Sequence record: DRR378314_81
Direction: 5' to 3' (one strand)
DNA length: 42,828 nucleotides
Shown: piece after piece, positions 36,419-42,828 of the stretch
Layout: each line of letters opens with the position of its first letter
Numbering within the stretch: the stretch's first letter is position 1
Translations under genes and position numbers: made by a program
Notes under the pieces: model-generated
Seen by the model: the letters and a program-made list of their open reading frames with translations, nothing else
Database searches by the model: none
Told to the model about the DNA's origin: nothing

Positions 36419-38104
36419 ATGCAACCAACACCCCAGCATTTAGCCAACTTATTTAAACAAACCCATGAAATGTTACGTTTGTATTATAATAAAAGCCAAT
36501 GGCCCTCAATATACCCACTTTTATCTAAGCAGGCTGAACAGTTTTATAATTTATATGAAACCCATCCAAATGCATTACAAGCTCAACTATGCCTCTATGT
36601 TTCTGATTTTGGCTACACTACAAACTTAGTTGTTAATCAGTGTGTTATTGTAGCGGCACTTTGCAAAAGCTTAAATTACAATTCACAAGTTAGCCAACAA
36701 CTCATAGCCGTTTGCTTAACAAACTACCTATGCGTTCAAACTCAAACTAACAAACTTGCCGCTCAACAGCCTTTAAATAACGAAGAAAAAAAACAGTGGC
36801 AGGCACGTCATCAACTTGCTGTAAAATTATTGCAGTCAGCTAACCTGCCCTCTACCGATATAGCCCGAATTTTAGCTCCATTAAACAAATACAAACAAGC
36901 ATTGCTGAGTGCGCCAAAAATAATGATTTACGATGGGGCTACTACTCTTGTAGCGTTGGCCAATATTATTGCTATGAATATTACTTACAGGGCGGCTAAT
37001 GACCACGTTAATCTATATAAAGCGATTGCTGATATATATATTAGAACGCCAAATAGTTTCGCACAAAATGCACTTAAAAAGTTAGTAGAAAATATTGGCC
37101 CTTACCTACCTGGTAGTCATGTTAATATAGCAGAACAGTCACTCACGTATGTATGCAGCAAAACACATAATAAACATATTCTAATTGATTTAAACGATAC
37201 TAAAAGAGCAAGATGGCATGGTGTTGCTGCAAAATTAGATTGCAATGCAAAACAACGTCCAACAAAAGATAAACGACTTTTATTTAGTATTTGGTTTAAT
37301 GAACACATACCTGCAGTGGATAGTGATCCGATTAATGAGCAAGATAATATTCTTCAGCTGATTGGTAATCTGAAAATACAAAAAGAATACTCGTATCGTA
37401 ATTTAGAAAAGTTATTAAACGGCCACACCAAGACAATTGATATTTTAAAAGAGGCTGTCAAACCCTATAATAAAGAACATTTGGCCGCAAAGGATTTACG
37501 CCATTGCTTAACCATGGTGGGAATTGATAACGCGCCTGCAATTATTCAACGAGTGCTTTTTGAGCAGCTCGTTGATATACAACGTCACCCATTAAAAGAA
37601 CACATAAAAGTGCGCTTAACAGCCATAACGCGCTTATTGTCTTTATTATTAAGTAAACAAACTGAAATACAGTTTGAACAAGTATCACTTCCTTTATATG
37701 CGTATATAAATTATCTACTAACCCACTCTAGTAATAAATTGAGTCGCAAAACCTTGTGTGAAAAAGACCCAAAAACGAATATTAGCCTACCAATTTCTTG
37801 GCTATTTGGCGTAAATAATCATAATGTAGAAGAGTTAAGCGTGTTTTTGTTACAACTACTGGATGATAACCCATGGACACAAGCGCTACTTGATGCCGAG
37901 CAACAGACCAAACAGCACCTTTCAGCAAAAGCAAAACTATGGGTCGCGCTTAAAGTCATTACATTAAACGTTTATCAGCCCCACATGCCAAACAGCAGCT
38001 GGCAAAAACAAACGCTTGATAGTATTTTAAAAGATCTTGGCTGGGAGAGCATTACGAATTTTTATGCACAATTGCCACCATTACATTTGTCATCTAGCGT
38101 ATAA
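36419..38104 (+). CDS. Hypothetical protein with degenerate HD-GYP-like N-half and HDOD-like C-half
   Basis: 561-aa ORF 9 nt after the DUF3192 gene. HD-GYP scaffold is recognisable (L...CLTNYL for LLHDIG, PLNNEEK....RH, LVALANI, IGPYLPGSHV) but the metal ligands and GYP motif are missing. Confidence 0.6.
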   Translation: MQPTPQHLANLFKQTHEMLRLYYNKSQWPSIYPLLSKQAEQFYNLYETHPNALQAQLCLYVSDFGYTTNLVVNQCVIVAALCKSLNYNSQVSQQLIAVCLTNYLCVQTQTNKLAAQQPLNNEEKKQWQARHQLAVKLLQSANLPSTDIARILAPLNKYKQALLSAPKIMIYDGATTLVALANIIAMNITYRAANDHVNLYKAIADIYIRTPNSFAQNALKKLVENIGPYLPGSHVNIAEQSLTYVCSKTHNKHILIDLNDTKRARWHGVAAKLDCNAKQRPTKDKRLLFSIWFNEHIPAVDSDPINEQDNILQLIGNLKIQKEYSYRNLEKLLNGHTKTIDILKEAVKPYNKEHLAAKDLRHCLTMVGIDNAPAIIQRVLFEQLVDIQRHPLKEHIKVRLTAITRLLSLLLSKQTEIQFEQVSLPLYAYINYLLTHSSNKLSRKTLCEKDPKTNISLPISWLFGVNNHNVEELSVFLLQLLDDNPWTQALLDAEQQTKQHLSAKAKLWVALKVITLNVYQPHMPNSSWQKQTLDSILKDLGWESITNFYAQLPPLHLSSSV

Positions 38105-38276
38105 TAGACGCACTTTATTAGACATATTGCCTAATTTAGCGGGTTTTAGTGGAAATCTCTTGAATAAATTGCTATAAAAGCCGCTTAAATTTTCAAACTC
38201 ATTAACGTAAATATCTAACAAGCAGTCGCAAAAACACATGCGATGTATTTACGTCACCGCTTAATAGGAAAAATTC

Positions 38277-39284
38277 ATGGCTAAACAAACCATCACAGTA
38301 ATCAAAGGCGACGGCATTGGCCCAAGTATCATTGATTCAGCTCTTGAGATATTACAAGCCGCAGGATGCGATTTTGATTACGAATTCGTTGATGCAGGTC
38401 TAGCCGCGTTAGAAAAAACAGGTGAATTATTACCTCAGGACACTATCGATACCATTGCGCGTAATAAAATTACTCTCAAAGGGCCATTAACCACACCTGT
38501 GGGTGAAGGCTTTACATCAATTAACGTGACTTTACGTAAGCAATTTGGTTTATACGCAAACGTTCGCCCAGTAAAATCATTTGTTGGTACAAAAGCACGC
38601 TACGAAGACATCGACATCATTACAGTTCGTGAAAACACACAAGGGATGTACTCAGGCCTTGGTCAAGTCGTTTCAGAAGATGGTAATGAAGCACAAGCAA
38701 TGTCAATGATCACACGTGAAGGCGCTGAAAAGATCTTAACCTTTGCTTATGATCTTGCTGTGCGTGAAGGCCGTAAAAAAGTAACGGCTGTACATAAAGC
38801 CAATATCTTAAAGTCTACGTCAGGTTTATTCTTAAAAGTAGCACGCGAAGTTGCTGAACGTTATCCTGAAATTGAATCAACAGAAATGATTGTTGATGCA
38901 ACGTGTATGAAACTAGTAATGAGCCCTGAAGAATTTGATGTTATCGTTACAACTAATTTATTCGGCGACATTTTATCAGATTTATGTGCGGGCCTTGTTG
39001 GTGGGTTAGGTATGGCACCAGGTGCTAACATTGGTGAAGATGCTGCAATCTTTGAAGCTGTTCACGGCAGCGCACCTGACATTGCGGGTAAAAACCTTGC
39101 CAATCCAACGTCTGTGATTTTAGCGTCAATTCAAATGTTAGAGCATTTAGAAATGGCTGATACAGCAGAGCGTATTCGTAGCGCTGTTGCTGAGGTAATT
39201 AAATCTGGGGATCGTACAACGCGTGACTTAGGTGGTAGCCACGGAACAACTGACTTTACACAATCAGTAATTGACCGTTTATAA
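38277..39284 (+). CDS. icd: Isocitrate dehydrogenase, short NAD-type (isocitrate/isopropylmalate DH family)
   Basis: GDGIGP, KGPLTTP, SINV.LR, RENT.G.Y, HKANI.K, NLFGDILSD, EAVHGSAPDIAG (Asp-Ile at the coenzyme site indicates NAD). Confidence 0.85.
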   Translation: MAKQTITVIKGDGIGPSIIDSALEILQAAGCDFDYEFVDAGLAALEKTGELLPQDTIDTIARNKITLKGPLTTPVGEGFTSINVTLRKQFGLYANVRPVKSFVGTKARYEDIDIITVRENTQGMYSGLGQVVSEDGNEAQAMSMITREGAEKILTFAYDLAVREGRKKVTAVHKANILKSTSGLFLKVAREVAERYPEIESTEMIVDATCMKLVMSPEEFDVIVTTNLFGDILSDLCAGLVGGLGMAPGANIGEDAAIFEAVHGSAPDIAGKNLANPTSVILASIQMLEHLEMADTAERIRSAVAEVIKSGDRTTRDLGGSHGTTDFTQSVIDRL

Positions 39285-39307
39285 TTTAAACATAGATTTA
39301 AAATTTG

Positions 39308-39336
39308 AAAGGCCAGTTTAATAACTGGCCTTTTTT
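39308..39336 (+). terminator. Intrinsic terminator between convergent icd and M6 protease genes (possibly bidirectional)
   Basis: AAAGGCCAGTT-taat-AACTGGCCTTTTTT. Confidence 0.85.
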
Positions 39337-39348
39337 ATGACTACAACT

Positions 39349-42333
39349 TTACCAAGTGCGTCTACTAACGAATACTAAAACAAATATTAAAGCCCAACCA
39401 AGCGAACCACCTCCTGAGCTGGCTTGCTTTTCTTTTACTGAAACAGTCACCGTTTTGTTTACTGATTGGTTGGTTTTAGAGTCTGTTACGGTGAGTATTA
39501 CTTGATAACTTCCCGCACTGCCATAGGTATAACTTGGTGATTCACTAACGCTTGTTGAGCCGTCTCCAAATTCCCAGCTGTAGGTGTAGTCACCAAAACC
39601 ACCTGTCGCTTGAGCACTAAACGCTGCAACTAAGTTAGTCGCCGTGAAATCGACTGAGACAGATAAAGGCACAACTGCCGACACATTCTTTGTAGAACTT
39701 GTCGTTTGATTTAAACTGTCTGTAACCGTTACTGTAATCGCATAACTGCCGCTAAAACGATAGTTGTGTGTAACAGTATCAGATAATGCGGTGTTACCAT
39801 CGCCAAAATCCCATTGATAGGTATAAGGTGCTAAACCACCCGACACAGTGACAAAACCAGTTAAATTACTTTCATTTACTGATGCCTCGAAATCGTTGAA
39901 ACCTAAAGGCTGTGTTAGCAGGATTTCTTGGCTCTCAACCGTTTTTTCACCTGATTCCGTGAGTCGGCTAAAAGTAACTAAATAACGTCCATATTCCGTG
40001 TAGATTGCGGTAGGGTTTAACTCCTCACTTTTAACGCCATTGCCAAATTGCCACTCAAAACTATCTGTTGGTGACAACTGTAAGCCACTCACCTCGAATG
40101 TGACAACCAAATCATTTGCCGTGTAGGTTACCCCCAGATTTTCTAAGTAGCTTAAATCAACTTCAATCGTTGAATTATCTACAGCCTGATCAGCAATAGA
40201 GAAGCCAAAGCCAAATGGTGTCAATTTAACGCCAGACTGTGGCTGCACTGCAAAACTATAATCAGTAGCGTCATTAAATTCACTGATAGCGGCAAGATTG
40301 TTATCACCTAAGCCTTGGCGTTGCTGATATAGGCTAAACGCTGCATCCCTTAATTGAATTTCTGTATTAGCAGGGCTTTGCGTTGTACCTCTTGCGATCA
40401 TATTTTGATCAGCATCTACCACTAAAATAAAGCCTTCACCTGGGTGTTCTGAAGTATTGTTGTTTTCATAATCGGTGCTAGATAACCACAGTAACAAACC
40501 CGGTGAGTATTGCTCTTTTTGCAAGCCGCTATCTATCCCTTCGTAGTTTCTGAACTGTAAATAATAATGTTTGGCTGTATCGTAAATATAAGCACCGACA
40601 CGTGAGAAACCAGCTAACTCAAAGTTAGTCTTTAGTTCAGCATTATCTTCCCAAACCACTTCCCCCTGCTGTATTAATTTTAAGTCATCAAACACAATAC
40701 CAAAATAATTAACATAGCTATCAGTTACATATCGAAACTCTAATGTAACTGTTTCGCCAGCGTAAGCAGACAAGTCAAATTGATGTATTAAATAATTGTT
40801 AGGAAGCTTTGCATCGCTATTTGATAAAGAATCACCCGTTATATAGGGCCCTAAATTAGAATAATATGGGTTATTAGTCTTTGTGTATTGTGATGAAATC
40901 GCTTCGCCATTTACAATTACCTGAGCATAGTCATAATCATCTTCAATACCATAAAAAGTGGTTAATTCAAGTAACGTTTGTTCACTCGTAGCAGGGATAG
41001 CAATTGACTTCCTCATTGTATTAATTAAGTTATTTCCATTGCCTGAGTAGTATTGAAACTTACCCTCAACAGCTGAAAAAAATGATTTTAATTTCGCAGG
41101 GAGTTTAACTTTAATTTGATTCAAGTCGTCTGTGGTCGCACTCGTGTGATGTAACACCTGATTTGTTTGTGCATTCACTTCGCTTAGATCAAACGTAAGT
41201 TGATTTAACCAATTACCACCGTAACGGTTTTGCAGATACTCCAATGCATAGGGACTAAACATTACGGGCTCAGACCCCCTAGGGTTTCCCGCCCAACTGC
41301 CCCCAGACATGACTGACCACGATGCAACCGGTTCTCCAATATCTGAGTTATTTAAGTCATACTCATCTGGTAAACCTAAATCATGACCAAACTCATGCAC
41401 AACAACACCAATACCAGCGTCGAGTGGATTAATTGTATACCCAAACAGATCGATAGGACTGTTTGGCAAGTTACTCGGCTGAAACTGTTCATTATAAACA
41501 TAGAAACGATGTGACCATATCGCATCTGACCCTAACACTCCGCCTCCGGCTTCTTCACCTACGCTTGAATGAAAAATCATTACGTGGTCAATGATGCCGT
41601 TAGGTTCATTTGTAATGCCGTCGCCATCTATATCATCTAAATCTGTTAAATCGTATTGCGATAAATCAATATTAAACTGATCAACTGCTTTTTCGACGGC
41701 TTCTTTAACTAGACTTGGTGCATCAATGTCTTTATCATCCCCGACCCTTTCGCCGTAAGCTTTGGCATTTTTGTCCGCACGTACCCAACCAAATACTTCA
41801 CCAGTGAATGAAAGCGTATTACCTGAGGCTTGTTGATAATACTGATAAGCGCTATTGAGAGTTTGACCATCCGGTCCATCATAACCTTGCGTTGAAAATA
41901 ACATGTGTTGGTAATGCTGTTTATCATACAAAGGGTAAAACATCGCTGTATCTGATTCCTCTAAGCCATTTTCGTCGTAGGGTAAATCAGGGAAATCGAC
42001 CAAAATAACCAATACCTTTACAGTAGTTGAGATGTCATTTGGTGTTAGTGAAGAAGCGAATGATTTATTAAGATGCTGTGTTTTTTTTAGCGAGAGCGGA
42101 ATGTTCTTTTGCAGCTTACTTGGATAATATTGCGTTGGGGTGCCTATAAAGCTTGCAATTGCAGCTTCCTTATCATGAAGCTCATTCAGCTCACCTCGCT
42201 TGTTTAACCAATAAAGAATTCGTTCTTTATTAACTACCCCTATATCGGTTGGGCTAGAATGTTGTGGTTTAGCACTTACATGCCCTACAAACAATGAGAT
42301 AACGGCAATTACTATCACATATAAACGTTTCAT
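39349..42333 (-). CDS. Immune inhibitor A-like M6 metalloprotease with PKD domains and GlyGly-CTERM anchor
   Basis: Signal peptide; LVILVDFPD, AIWSH, HEFGHDLGLPDEYD, WSVMSGGSW; three W.FG(D/N)G PKD-like repeats; C-terminal SSGGGSLGW, TM helix, RR. Confidence 0.93.
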   Translation of the reverse strand: MKRLYVIVIAVISLFVGHVSAKPQHSSPTDIGVVNKERILYWLNKRGELNELHDKEAAIASFIGTPTQYYPSKLQKNIPLSLKKTQHLNKSFASSLTPNDISTTVKVLVILVDFPDLPYDENGLEESDTAMFYPLYDKQHYQHMLFSTQGYDGPDGQTLNSAYQYYQQASGNTLSFTGEVFGWVRADKNAKAYGERVGDDKDIDAPSLVKEAVEKAVDQFNIDLSQYDLTDLDDIDGDGITNEPNGIIDHVMIFHSSVGEEAGGGVLGSDAIWSHRFYVYNEQFQPSNLPNSPIDLFGYTINPLDAGIGVVVHEFGHDLGLPDEYDLNNSDIGEPVASWSVMSGGSWAGNPRGSEPVMFSPYALEYLQNRYGGNWLNQLTFDLSEVNAQTNQVLHHTSATTDDLNQIKVKLPAKLKSFFSAVEGKFQYYSGNGNNLINTMRKSIAIPATSEQTLLELTTFYGIEDDYDYAQVIVNGEAISSQYTKTNNPYYSNLGPYITGDSLSNSDAKLPNNYLIHQFDLSAYAGETVTLEFRYVTDSYVNYFGIVFDDLKLIQQGEVVWEDNAELKTNFELAGFSRVGAYIYDTAKHYYLQFRNYEGIDSGLQKEQYSPGLLLWLSSTDYENNNTSEHPGEGFILVVDADQNMIARGTTQSPANTEIQLRDAAFSLYQQRQGLGDNNLAAISEFNDATDYSFAVQPQSGVKLTPFGFGFSIADQAVDNSTIEVDLSYLENLGVTYTANDLVVTFEVSGLQLSPTDSFEWQFGNGVKSEELNPTAIYTEYGRYLVTFSRLTESGEKTVESQEILLTQPLGFNDFEASVNESNLTGFVTVSGGLAPYTYQWDFGDGNTALSDTVTHNYRFSGSYAITVTVTDSLNQTTSSTKNVSAVVPLSVSVDFTATNLVAAFSAQATGGFGDYTYSWEFGDGSTSVSESPSYTYGSAGSYQVILTVTDSKTNQSVNKTVTVSVKEKQASSGGGSLGWALIFVLVFVSRRTW

Positions 42334-42524
42334 AAAAATTCCTACTGCAGATTATGATGTAATAATAGCAAAGTAAAACCATGTTCACATTAATGAAACG
42401 TTGGCAAAGATATAGAAATGCATAAAGACTGCATATAAAAATACCATTCCTTACTTTTAATTTAAAAAACAACCATAAAAAGCTTAATAAAGAAATTTCA
42501 ATGCAAATTAAACACGTTCTTAGG

Positions 42525-42554
42525 TTGACATTGAACTACAAAAGCCTTAAAAAT
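42525..42554 (+). promoter_or_regulatory. Candidate sigma70 promoter for the Val/Leu leader transcript
   Basis: Perfect TTGACA at 42525-42530 with only a weak -10 (TAAAAAT) 17 nt downstream. Confidence 0.35.
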
Positions 42555-42633
42555 AACCTATTAGAACAAAAAATCATATATACGTTATTCGTATTGGTTT
42601 ATTACCCAATTATTTTTATAAAAAGAAATTAAA

Positions 42634-42705
42634 ATGAAACATCAAATTCGCTTTGTAAACGTACTCGTACTGGTCTTAGTCTTAAGCCCAGCGGGGATGT
42701 ATTGA
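42634..42705 (+). CDS. Branched-chain amino acid operon leader peptide MKHQIRFVNVLVLVLVLSPAGMY
   Basis: 23-codon ORF with V-N-(VL)4 written in varied synonymous codons, followed by an antiterminator/terminator. The regulated operon (probably ilv) is outside the window. Confidence 0.85.
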   Translation: MKHQIRFVNVLVLVLVLSPAGMY

Positions 42706-42754
42706 AAAGTGAAAACGCTTTTTAAAAACCCCCGCTAATAACGGGGGTTTTTTT
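42690..42754 (+). terminator. Attenuator terminator with alternative antiterminator
   Basis: AAAAACCCCCG (42724-42734) pairs with CGGGGGTTTTT (42742-42752) plus a T tail; AGCGGGG (42690-42696) can instead pair with CCCCGCT (42730-42736). Confidence 0.88.
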
Positions 42755-42798
42755 ATGCACTGAAATACGACTTGGTAAATAAAATACCAAAAAAATAC

Positions 42799-42828
42799 TA
42801 GGGTCTGTTGACCTTTCAAGGTTAAATT
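42799..42828. mobile_element. Start of a second MITE-like repeat copy (cut by window end)
   Basis: TAGGGTCTGTTGACCTTTCAAGGTTAAATT is 27/30 identical to the reverse complement of 137-166 and begins within a CTAG. Confidence 0.7.

Noticed and set aside
42269-42472. 67-aa minus-strand ORF overlapping the M6 protease start
   Set aside because: Low-complexity AT-rich intergenic sequence, out of frame with the protease.
1-42828. Whole window as a composite transposon or genomic island; CRISPR, prophage, tRNA or rRNA
   Set aside because: The content is mostly core metabolism with no transposase or integrase, and the flanking repeats are better explained as independent insertions at assembly breaks. 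No spaced direct repeats, phage genes or structural RNA genes were seen.

Overview
This is a 42.8-kb chromosomal segment from an AT-rich marine gammaproteobacterium, most likely Pseudoalteromonas (inferred from gene content and order). From left to right it holds: the end of a structured MITE-like repeat; a GAF-GGDEF diguanylate cyclase; a 77-aa gene with a near-consensus sigma28 promoter; the complete his operon (unannotated His5 leader peptide and attenuator, then hisG-D-C-B-H-A-F-IE); DUF4097, lipoprotein and DUF1289 genes; and an orphan PAS hybrid kinase. Next is a nine-gene minus-strand catabolic locus: TonB receptor, PLP deaminase, RpiR regulator, D-aminoacylase-family deacetylase, RidA, Na+/solute symporter, KDG kinase, GH20 and an exported lactonase. 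It matches the ong pathway for LPMO-oxidised chitin products described in Pseudoalteromonas prydzensis, so its core is known rather than new. A pair of candidate RpiR operators upstream and the roles of the lactonase and RidA look like open questions. The right part carries S46 and M61 peptidases, GT25, DGC-ppnN-xni, DUF3192, a catalytically dead HD-GYP/HDOD-like protein, an NAD-type IDH, a GlyGly-CTERM M6 protease, a Val/Leu leader peptide with attenuator, and the start of a second, inverted copy of the MITE-like repeat. No rRNA, tRNA, CRISPR array, transposase or prophage was seen. All family calls are by-eye motif recognition; no database searches were run.
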